DNA from: Negaprion brevirostris
Taxonomy: Eukaryota
Assembly: GCA_030324005.1 (NCBI GenBank)
Contig: JARDVH010000133.1
Span: 35,947,903 to 36,011,902, forward strand
Direction of reading: 5' to 3'
Length of the DNA: 64,000 nt
The position numbers and the translations under genes were made by a program. A model generated the notes under the pieces. It was not told the DNA's origin. It worked only from the letters and a program-made list of their open reading frames with translations, and made no database searches. How positions within the stretch are numbered: the first letter of the stretch is position 1; every line of letters starts with the position of its first letter. Of this stretch, positions 14,201-26,200 are shown piece by piece.

Positions 14201-17200
14201 CCTCCCGATTAAAAGGATACAATTCTTCAGACACCCAACAGCAAGAAGAGGCCTGGAAAAAGACCCTGAAAAAGGAATACCAGCAATCTGGAGTCCAAGG
14301 ACTGAACTCGCCTCCCAGAAATAACTACCAAGTGTGGGGTTGAAGATAAGGCTCTAGGATAGGGCTCATCAATCTTGCAAGGACCCACCAAACCCATGAC
14401 CAGTGACACAGAGTTTCTTAGGTGGACAATCATACCCTTTGATGAGCTGAAGAAGAAGAGCCTATGANNNNNNNNNNNNNNNNNNNNNNNNNNNNNNNNN
14501 NNNNNNNNNNNNNNNNNNNNNNNNNNNNNNNNNNNNNNNNNNNNNNNNNNNNNNNNNNNNNNNNNNNNNNNNNNNNNNNNNNNNNNNNNNNNNNNNNNNN
14601 NNNNNNNNNNNNNNNNNNNNNNNNNNNNNNNNNNNNNNNNNNNNNNNNNNNNNNNNNNNNNNNNNNNNNNNNNNNNNNNNNNNNNNNNNNNNNNNNNNNN
14701 NNNNNNNNNNNNNNNNNNNNNNNNNNNNNNNNNNNNNNNNNNNNNNNNNNNNNNNNNNNNNNNNNNNNNNNNNNNNNNNNNNNNNNNNNNNNNNNNNNNN
14801 NNNNNNNNNNNNNNNNNNNNNNNNNNNNNNNNNNNNNNNNNNNNNNNNNNNNNNNNNNNNNNNNNNNNNNNNNNNNNNNNNNNNNNNNNNNNNNNNNNNN
14901 NNNNNNNNNNNNNNNNNNNNNNNNNNNNNNNNNNNNNNNNNNNNNNNNNNNNNNNNNNNNNNNNNNNNNNNNNNNNNNNNNNNNNNNNNNNNNNNNNNNN
15001 NNNNNNNNNNNNNNNNNNNNNNNNNNNNNNNNNNCAATACACATCTCTTTAACCTGTGCTTAACCCTCTCTCCATTCACATTGTCTGTACCTTTAAGACT
15101 TGATTACCTGCGAAGACTTACATTCCAGCCATTATTTTGTAAATTGACTTTGTGTCTTTATATGCCCTGTTTGTGAATAGAACTCCTACTCATCTGATGA
15201 AGGAGCAGCCCTTGTGCTACCAAATAAACCCGTGGGACTTTAACCTGGTGTTGTGAGACTTCTTACTAAGTCATTAGTCCCATTGTTATAGGTTAGAATA
15301 TGCAAAGGGCTGTCTTTGTTCAAAGTTGCTGGAGCAGACCAACTGTCTGCGTGGCTGGAATGTTGTGCAATGCAAGGAGTGTTAGATTGCAGGCATTTGA
15401 GATATTGACCTTTGTTAACTTTGAAACTGTTAGAAGCCAGCATATGACCAGCTGGAGCCATCTTGTCAACCTAGCAATTGTCAATTTTGGAAAGCACAAA
15501 AAAAAGCTTTATGCATATTTTCCTTCACGTTTTGACTATGACCACAAAAAAGGGATTGAGTTTGTTCCGAGAGACAGCGGAGACACAATGGACTAAATGG
15601 CGGTTCTCTGCGCTGTAACAATTGTGATTCTGTAACTGAAGCCCTTCATCTTTCGTGGAAATTAACCATAATCTCTAATGCCTTCACGTCCTTCCTGAAG
15701 TGTTATGCCTAAATGGACACTATATGCTGAGCAGTGGTAGAAGCTTCAGGTAAGGTGACCAAAGAGTAGGTTTTGAGGAGTTTTTAGATGAGAGGTAGCA
15801 AGATAGAGAGCTTTCAGGGTACCTGGATGTTATTACCACAAGCTTTTTTTCACTGTATATGACAAGCAAACAGTTCATGTCATCAGAAGTTTGAAGTGTT
15901 GTAAGACTATCAGCTGTTCTTTAATAATCAACCAAAGCAATCAAAATGTGCCACATTATGTTGTATTCTTTCCAGTTTTTCAACCTTGATGTAGTAAATT
16001 TCTCCAGTCTTGTGAATTTGTAAAGTGCTTTGGTATTTTCTGACTAGTTAAAGGGGGGGTTTCTTTGACCACCTTAAATAAAGGGGAGACAACTTGCTGT
16101 TTTAAAATGTCTCCTCTTCCCCCTTGCTAATTTTTCCAATTAATTTAAGCCAAAGTCTGGTTACTGATCCTTCTCATAGTGGAAACAGATTCTCCCTATT
16201 TACTCTAAAGATTCCTCAATTTTGGTCACCTCTATTAAATCATTGAATAATGTGGGTTCTGTTCATACAATGCATGATATACAAGCTTGGGAGCTATAAA
16301 CGGTGTATAAATGCCACTCTTTTTGTTGTTATAATCCAACTAGTTGGTTGCTAAATATGCATAATATACCTTCCACTTTTTTGTTTCACTCCTTGTCTTG
16401 TAAGTGTGTGGAGATCCAAAAACTCCAAACTGCAATGAAAAGAGAATTAGTCATCTTAACATAAAAATATTCTCTTTGTTTTGTAGGCAAGCAGGGCATC
16501 ATGAGCTTGCAGATCGTTTAGTAGAGATCCAGTATGAACTCACTGATAGACTAGCCTTCTTTCTCTGTGGAAGGAAACCAGGTGGGTGTGAAATAAGAAC
16601 ACTGGAGAATCTAGGTGGCAATGTTACTTGCTAATGTTTTATTGAAATGTGAGTTTCTGACCAATATTTTGCTCAAGGCTTCCCTCAGGAATGTAGCTTG
16701 ATGCACAGGGAATGTAAGGTGCACATCTCCACCTGTGATTCCACTTGCTGAACTCCTGTTTCAATCACATACTGTGGACAGCTGCCAAATGGAGGTCAAG
16801 TATTTTCCCCAAAGGAAGAAAGGAGTGAAGTAAAGGGTCAATTCTTATATTAAACAATATATCTCATTTCTATTGTAATACTCAATATAGAAAGATCTTT
16901 GCAGGGCAGTAGCACTGAATCAATACCATACAGGAGGAAGACTGAGGTTGGGTGGGTAAGAGAAAGAACGGAAGAATAGTATGTTTCAAGACAGAAGAGA
17001 GAGGATACTGCAGTTGCAGGCCTTGTACTTTTGTATACTGCTATGATAGACCTGCTTTGTAATACCATTCCTTTGTTAGCTTTGACTAGAGGAAATGGGG
17101 GAACAATACTTAATTCCTGCTTGGTCAACACCTCTGAGTTGAGCACAAAAGAGATGTAGACACAGAAGTGCCTGTAGATCTGCCAACTTTAAAATGCCCC

Positions 17201-20200
17201 ATTTATCCCTACTTTCAGCTTCCTTTCTGTTAACCAATCATCTGTCCATTCTAAGATAACATCCCAAATGCCATGCACCTTTTTTTTGTGTATTAATCTT
17301 TTGTTGTGGCACCATATCAAATCTCTTTCGGAAATCTAAATATAACACCTGCAAAGGTTCCCTTTTATCCAGCCTACCAGTTACTTCCTCAAAATATTCT
17401 AACAAATTTGTCAACAGGATATCCCTTTTGTAAAGCAATATTGATTCGTTCAAATCATACTATTCTTTGTCTAAGCACATTAGACTTCCTCAATAAGTTC
17501 CAACACTTCCCTGATGACTGATGTCAGGCTAACTTGACCTGTAGTTCCCTGTTTTCTCTTCCTCCTTTCTTGCAAGTACTGCTGATCTAGAAGCATGTGG
17601 GAGAACCTCAACTTCGAGGTTCCAAATGAGTTACCTTCATTCCTTTATCAAGGATGGATTCTTTTGTTTCAATTGTTCTGGTGAAAGACATATGAGGGAA
17701 TAAATATCATGAAAATGAAGTCCTTGCCGGTTTGATATCTGCAACTCCCCCCTTTCATAGATAAAGCTAGATAAATGTAAACTTAAGGGGTCCTCTGCAA
17801 GTTGTATATAACTGTTATTAAACCACCTTGGCACAAAAATGCATAATTTCCATTCCAGTTGTGGTTTCGGGAGTGGCTTGACTTGTGCTTACAAGTGTAG
17901 TAACTTTGAAGTTTCTCTTTGTGTGCTCGTTGTATGCCATGTTCAATGATGTCTGCTAACTAGGGGTGCCCATTACCTTGTTTTTACAAATTTCTGGTTC
18001 TGATAATGAACATGCACCTAATTGAAAAAAATGCAAGATTGGTAGAATGTCCAATAGATTTTGTGTTTTTATACTGCTACAAAATTACAGCCAGAATTTA
18101 TTACGTGTGGTATTCTTGCCTGTTGCTCTTGATTAGTTGACGTTCATCCTCAAAGCATTGTGATCCTTGAAATAGTGTAATGTGCAACATTGATTGCATG
18201 CTCCCCCTTACAACTAGTCACTGTCCAATAATGTACTTCTCAAGATTCAATTTTAAGTTCCTTTGAAGTGCGTATATTTTGTTGTGTGGGATAACTTGCC
18301 TTCCTCATTTGAAATTCCAGTTCTTGATGCCCATGTGTTTCAAGCCCAATGCACATGTCCCCCAACCCAGACTAGGTGTAAAACCTGTGGTGGGAGTGAC
18401 AGCAACTGAATGGGTTATTTGTTTATTGCTTTAGATGATTCTGTATTTTATGCTGAAATTTATTGTGCGTTCTTGTGCTTTTGTTTAAACTGTACCACAC
18501 CTCAATTATTTTGTTCCATTCCAGATCACAAGAATGGTCAGCACTTCATAATTCCACAGATGGCAGATAGGTGAGGCAGAACGATTTCAGTTTATTATGG
18601 CACATTTAAAATTGATGCTTGGCTGTTTTTTCCAGGACAATCGTAGATGGGTTGGCCTCGTGAGTTTTTGCACGCATCCCATGAATAAATATTTTAGGTG
18701 TGTGCGCGTGAACTAGATTCACTGCTGATGGTTCTCAGTTAGCAAGCATGGTTTAGGTGCCTCTAAAACATAATGCACCTTTAATACTTGTGAGCTCACC
18801 AGAATTGATGGTGGCTGTAGCTTAAGGCAGTGGTTTTCAACTGGTGTTCTACAGGAACTTTGCAAATGTGCCATAGCCTGCTGTGGGAATACTAGGTTGT
18901 CTGAAATTGGGCCCGCTGAAGATGAATAGGACTGTTTGATACCTGCTTCAGTCTGGGCTTCATATTAAGTGAAAAGTGATAAACAAAATAACCTCACGTC
19001 AAACAGTACACAGACTGCAGAAATGCTGAAAAATTCATATATATGCATTAAAATGCTTCATTTCGATAAGTTGAGACTTATTTCCTAATGCACAGTGGTG
19101 CCCAACCTTCTGCAGTATGGCTGACCAGGACAACACTCTTAATCTTTCCATCTGCCATTAGGTGCCTTAAGAAAGGCTTAACTTTTGATAAGGTTCCTGA
19201 CACACCTGAATGGGGACTTAAACCCAGAGATTCTCGACCAGAGGTAGGGACACTAACACTGCAATACAACACCTCCAGTTGATCTTGATACTCTTATCTA
19301 ACTAAAATGTATTCATAGTTTTAAACCCTGACCCCGACCCCACCCCCAGCCTTTTGAGAGAAGAGATTTCCAGATTACCACTTTTGTGTGGAAAAGAACA
19401 TTTCACGATTTCATTAGCTTCTAAGAGGGTGTGTCATGGAATTATTTGTCTCCTTGAAGTGTGCCATGTTACTGAAAAGGTTGGGAACCACTGGTGTGAG
19501 GGTTGCAGCTGGTTGTGCATAGGATAAAGCCTTGTAACAAGCAATAAAGTTGTAAGATCAGAATATATCGTTTTATATATCTAGCATCTCTGCGCATGCA
19601 TAAGTTTTCCAATAATAAATTTCTACATCCGTACTTAACCTTGTCAGGCTATAATTACACACTAATATTGCCATTTTGCATTTCTTCTGGCCCACCTTTT
19701 GATTATTTACTAGCTCTTACTAGTCCCCACCTCCCCTCTCCAGCCTGGCTCCCTCTCCTCTCTCCAGCCTGGCCCTCTCTCCTCTCTGCAGCCAGACCTC
19801 TCCTTCACACTTTCCAACCTGGCCACCACCTCCCCTCTCCAACNNNNNNNNNNCCTTCTGTCTTGCAGTATTAGCTCTTCTGTTAATGAGTTTTGCCCAA
19901 TCATAATCCTTCGCTATTGCTCATCTCTCCCCACTTTTCTCCTATCTTGTACTTGTAAATTATTTTCCTACTTTCCTAACTTTTGATGAAAGATTATCAG
20001 TCTGAAACATTGATTCTTTTTGTCTCCACTGATGCTGCCGAACTTTATGTTTTGCACATTTTTTTGTTTTGAGATTTCCAGTGCCTGTAGTATTTTGCTT
20101 TTTTTTTCCTTCTTTCCCAATAGAGGTGCCACAGCACCACTACTTGGCAAAAGTCATTCTTTGACAAATTAACTCAGTTTCCATCATAAATGTGGTGATT

Positions 20201-23200
20201 GGAATTTATAATGGCAATATAAAGTTAGAGACAAAATGCCTTCCTTCAAGATGGAGATTGAATTGTGTACATACCGATCCAGATATTCTTTGACCTCTTG
20301 CATCCACATTGCTTATTGAAACACTATCCTTGGATTTGATTCAGAATCAAAATACCACAAATGCTCAAAATTTGAAATAAAAAGTGCAGCAGACCTGATA
20401 GCATCTGTGGCCAGAGAAACACACCTTTCATTTTGATAATCCTTCATCAGAACTGGAGCATGTTGGAGATAAAGTGTTTTTAAGCAAATACAGAGCCGGA
20501 GATATGAATGGGGTGCAGGTAGAGAAGAAGGAAAAGTCCGTGATAAGATCAGGGGCAGGAGTGATAAAATGACAACAGGAATAATACTAGGCAAAAGTGG
20601 GCGATAATAGGCCAAGAATATAAACTAAAATCAATCCATGGAAGGTTTAAATGGCCACAGACAATTGCAGATGAGGGGGAAGCATGGTAAATCTAACCAA
20701 ATGAAGATTGCTCTCATTGAATGTGAACTCAATTTCAATGCTTCAAATGAACAAAGTAGTATGTATAAAATTGACCCGGTAACAGTGTGGGTAAATACCT
20801 GGCGAAGGTGTGAGTTTTACTTCTGATATGCATAAAACTTTGGATTTTGCACAAAGATTATTCTTTGAAGGGATAAGTGGTTGTATTTTTTAAAACTAGC
20901 TGTAGTACACTTGCACTATATATACTAGGAGTTTAAATATTTGTGGTTTTATTTCATTGTCATAAAGTATGCAATATAGTTTTGCTTCAGGGTGTTTCCC
21001 AACAAATAGTATTGCTTTTATTTTGATGTACTTGCCCCTGTAAGCCGTGTTAGTCCTGTTCTCTCTCTCTCAATTGAATTATTCACCATTGGCTGCCACC
21101 TGTTGGATTATTGAGTTCATACATCTCAAGTGCAAAGCTGAGGAAGAAACAGCCAAGTACAATACTTGTAGATGTTTCATTATTTTCTTTACTTCCAATT
21201 TTCTTCCTTCCTTTCCCAAGAGCATTGACTCCTTGCTGAAGTCAATCACATCTTGGTATCTGAATAAATTGCCACTTGTCGGACGCAAATATAAACATTG
21301 GTAGGAAGTTGTTCAGGAGTTTTGTCCCTACTTTATATCCACAAATGTTCACTTCCTGTGCGTGTAGTTGGATAGTGATCATGAGTGATCTTTTATATTT
21401 TGTGCGCTCTGACACAGCTTCTGGAAAGAGGAATGTAGTATTTATGATGAAATACTTCCCAACACATATTAGCTGTTAAAAATAATCTTTTAAGCATAAA
21501 ATAAATCACTTACTATTATTGCAGTAGCTATATCTTTAAGCCCAGGTGCTAGTATTACTTAATATTATGCTTGTTAGTGATTTGCACTTTAAGATCAGTG
21601 GACTGATTGCATCTTTGCTGACCTCAGCTGAGCATGTATGAGGATCACTACCTGAACAAAAATGTCAGGCGGCCTTGTGCTAACAATATTTCTTTAATAG
21701 GTCTTAACTTCAATTGCTACAATTAATTGTAAAGTACTGACAGGCAGCAGGCATTAAGAGATACTGCAGCTGGTTACCTCAGGTAGCATGTGGTGCTAAT
21801 GACGCCAAGGTCGCAGGTTCAATCCCTGTAGTGGCCAGTATTTTTGTTAAAAGAAATCGTAAACGGACACTTAGTGACACAATAGCTGAGTGGAGTTGGA
21901 GCTAAATATCTGTAATGTTTCACTCTGAATAAAAAATCCCTAGTAAAGGCTGGCCTTAGTTTCTTCCTTCATTAACTGACTATCTAAAGCATGACATTTA
22001 CCAATATTTTGCTACTTGATCCTCATTATTAACATTCATCGGCAGCTGTCCACTACCTTCCCAATGTAGTTATTCTTTTTATGTGAGCTTTGATTTAGGG
22101 TATGCCAGAGCAAAACCTCTCTCCCAACACCTATGCAGATGCATTTTCCAATGGAGAAATTACAAGATAGTAATCAAGAAATAATAAACCTATGGATTGC
22201 TCCTCAGCTTTGAGATGCTAAGGCTAATTGCTGTCCTCACTGAGATTAGCTAACTCAATGCCAGCCCAGGTATGCAAATTGAGGCATCCGGGATTGTCTG
22301 GGTTAGTACCATACTTCCATTAAAATGAAAATTTATACTATGTTGAGTAAAGGGCAGCTGAGATACTCCAGGGTGCCTGTCATATTAGTTTTGAGGTTTA
22401 TGTACATTGAAATTTTACAGAAAAGACACCAAAAGAAGTTGGCTCAATAGAGAAGCCTCCCTGACAAAGTATCTATAATTGTGGACACCTATTCCTTTTT
22501 TTGGACACATTCTGAAGTTTTAGAGTTAGTTTTATAGAAAGAGGCTCTTTGGCCTGTTGTGTCTGTTTTGGACATCAAACACCTATCTATTCTAATCCCA
22601 TTTTCTGACACTTGGTCCATAGCCCTGTATGCTATGGCATTTCAAGTGCTATCAAAATGCTTCTTGAATGTTGCAAGGCTTCCTGCCCCCATCACCCTTT
22701 CGGCAGAGTTCCAGATTCCCACCGCCCTCTGGATGAAAAAAACCACGTTCCTGTTTTGGGTGGATAAACTCTCCCATTTAAGTGGCACCATTTGTAACAG
22801 TTTGTAAAATCATCCCACCACAAGCTGACAAGAAGTGAGTCACCTGATGAAGGAGCAGCATTCCGGAAGCTCGTTATTCCAAATAAGCCTGTTAGACTTT
22901 AACCTGGCGTTATGAGACTTCTCACTGTGTCCACCCCAGTCCAATGCTGGCATCTCCATATGTTTGGCTGCTGAAAGTACCACAGACAATACTGAGCTTG
23001 TTTTTGCCCACTGTCCAGTACTTTCTTTGATAGCAGCTTTGATAACAGGGGCCTCGCTGTTTTTGGCCTACTCTTGTTTGTCAGGCTTTGATGCTAATTG
23101 CAACGTACAACCCTCGTTGAGATCCAGTGTTTTTACACAGGATTATGATCATTAGTCGTTATTCACCATTGTTCCTTAGTTGCTATTATTCAATTCCTGC

Positions 23201-26200
23201 TACATGTTGTAATTACCAGCTGATTGATGAGCCCAAATTACATTTTGTTTGTTGAAAAGGATGCATAAAATCTGCAGGAGTTATTCAGAATTAATTGATG
23301 ATCAATGTGTAAATTTGATTTCATGCTATTGATGCTTCAGCCATCTAAGTGTTTGCAATCTCAGCCTAATCAATAAATATCTATACATTTCTTTCTTGAA
23401 TGCATCACTTGGGATAAAAGGCACCTGTAAGTAATGCATAACAAAATAGCTACTTTTAGGTCTGATTGTTGAAAATCACTGTCATGCATGTTTGGATGCT
23501 TGTTCTTTATTCGTTTGAACTTGTAAAGTTACAAGTACTCCTTCCAGCAGCCTGTGTCATACATAATTCTGTCTCGTGTTGCTTTGTGTGACTTCATGAG
23601 ATCGTGGGTCTTCATATCCATCAAGGCAACAAACCTCAGCGTTGAAAACCANNNNNNNNNNNNNNNNNNNNTAACTGATCAATAAAGGAACACATTTTGC
23701 ATCTTTGTGGTATTGTTGAATTTGAATGGATCTATGCCACAGAACCACCTTTCTAACCTTTCAAAAATATACCCGAAACATGGAGTATAATTCAAAGAGT
23801 GGAGCACTGCACAGCTGCTCCAGCTGAATTGGGCTAATTAGAGGACTAATCTAATCTGGGATGTTTCTAGCCTTTGTGACTCAGTACAGGACCATGTTAT
23901 GAACTTGTATACTTAAACATCTGGCGTTACCTGATTTATCTTGTGCAACCCAGTTCATTTAAACGGCTTCCTGACTTAACCAAAAATTTGCCAAAACTTG
24001 CTGGCTATACTAGTTTTGAAATCAATATCACAAAGCTGTTGAAAACAAAATACTGCTTAGTGTTTGTGTTACTTCATTAGTTAATGTGCTCTTCTCCCTT
24101 TAGCAGTTTAGATTTGTCAGAGCTAGCAAAAGCAGCAAAGAAAAAATTACAGTCGGTAAGTTTTCTTCTTGGATGTTTGTGACCGAATTGTCCTGTGACA
24201 GTATATAATTCTGTCATTCAAAGATCCTAAATTTGAATTCTAAACTTAAAAAGGTTATAGTAAAATGTTTATTACATGTATGTTTTGATTATCTTGGTTT
24301 CCTCTGCTCATTATTCATCAAGAATTAAGCATCCCCACTCATTTTGCACTCAATATTCTGCAGATCAAGTTCCCAGAAAGCACAAGTAGATCCTAGAGAA
24401 GCTTTCTATACTGTTTCATTACTTTTGGTACGAACAGGGTGGGGTTTAATTTAAACGGCCCTGATTTCTCCTGTCACCACCTGTCCATAAAATGAAAGAA
24501 ATTTTGATTTCCCCCTTTATAAACGGTGATGTATTTCTCAATGCCTCAGTTTGGGTGTGATCTAATTTCTGTTAATGACCTGACAGCAAACTCAAGATGA
24601 GGTAAACTCAGAGGGCTAGTTTATTTGCTCCAATTCAAACATGGGAGGAGAGAAGCAACTTGTATAATAAAGTGTGGGGGGGGTAGAGAAAGGAAAATTT
24701 AACAGGACATAAACCACAAAATAAAGAATTATTGTTTCATGTGAATCCAGAGTCAAAATCTGTTACCCTTTATAAATTGCACAGTTAAGAATTATATAAG
24801 CATCTTCTAACTGCAAACTTAGTAATACATGCAATTTTATTGCTTAATTTCCCATCCAGCCTGATTAGTTTGCCTGCTGCTGATGCCACAATGATCATGA
24901 TGATTATTATTATCCTAATATAATTATCATAAACATCATTAGAACATTGTATAATTGTTCTTTCACCTTGTCTATCATGTGAATACATGAAAATCAGGGA
25001 TTTCAACTTCCGGACCAATTTCAAACAAGTTAGGAATGTATATTAGTGTATTTAAAAATAACTTCACCATTTGCCTTTCCCTCGTTTTTTCACAAAACTA
25101 TCTAGCTCTTTCTAAACTGTAAAAACTGGCTTATATTTATGGTTCAAGTGTTTGGCTTCACTGGTTGGTAGGAACTGTTCAAGTCACCTTTTAGCACCTT
25201 CCCAATGTAGGGTGATGAGTTTAATCTCAAAGAGTAGTTTAGAATGTTCCCCAGGCAATCAGCCAATTGTATTCAAGTCTGCAGGGATAGTTTCACGATT
25301 ATCACATCTGTTAGTTTACCATTTCAACAGTTGGGAGGGGCTCTGTCTCCCCTTCCAAAAACAGGTACTAGTGAAATTAATTTTCCACTAATTAGCCATT
25401 ATTACACATCGTCCCTCAATATGCATGGCCAAGACAAAGAGGTTAACTAACTTTAAATGCAAGGTTTGAGATTTAAAACAAAATTCTTGAGCCTCCTTCA
25501 CCTTGTGATGTATCAAAATACACTGTTGCAGCTGGACTCTGAGGACTCTCTATCTCCACAGCACTAAATTTGAGCCCTGATCAAGGGTGATCCAATTCAT
25601 AACCATCTAAGCACAGTCACCCTTAACCATTTTTGCTATTTGACCATCTAGTATATCTGGCAGCAAGGCTACCATTGGTATTGGTCTTCAGGCTAGAAGT
25701 CGCAAACACACCTTCCTTCATTTACTTTGTACTCAAGAAACAAGCAAAAGGGAGGGAAAGATGTGGAGATATTTTTGGGAACACAACAGGAGGATCTTAA
25801 TCTTACAGATTTCTTTTTTATTTCTTAAGGAGAAAAATGGGCTTGAGTTAAAGTCCAAGTGACCTCTTAATGCAAGACATGCATTAAATTTCATTTGGTT
25901 CATAATTCTTCTACATGTTTTTTCAAATAGCCTCTCTAGTTTAATGTTGAATGTATGTAAATACCATCTTAAACATTCTCAAAGCGCAGTGAATGGCTTA
26001 AGTAGTTGCACCTCAGTCCTGTAGTGGGTTAAAATTCTCTTTCTGCTTCTATTTCTAGCTAAGTAATCACTTGTTTGAGGAGCTAGCTATGGATGTATAT
26101 GATGAAGTAGATCGAAGAGAGACTGATGCAGGTGAGGATTCAGCTGTGAAGCGGAAGTCAATACTGCACTATTCTAACAATCTTGCTTCCTGTTCCAAAA

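Noticed and set aside
20101-20160. Pyrimidine tract plus TAG followed by cttggcaaaagt, faintly like the GIT1 microexon
   Set aside because: The tract is the tail of a Penelope-like repeat and there is no credible in-frame donor.
21190-21300. Strong pyrimidine tract and possible in-frame exon in intron 8
   Set aside because: It matches the reversed tail of the old SINE family; the first AG gives a stop and the in-frame alternative needs a poor GAG acceptor.
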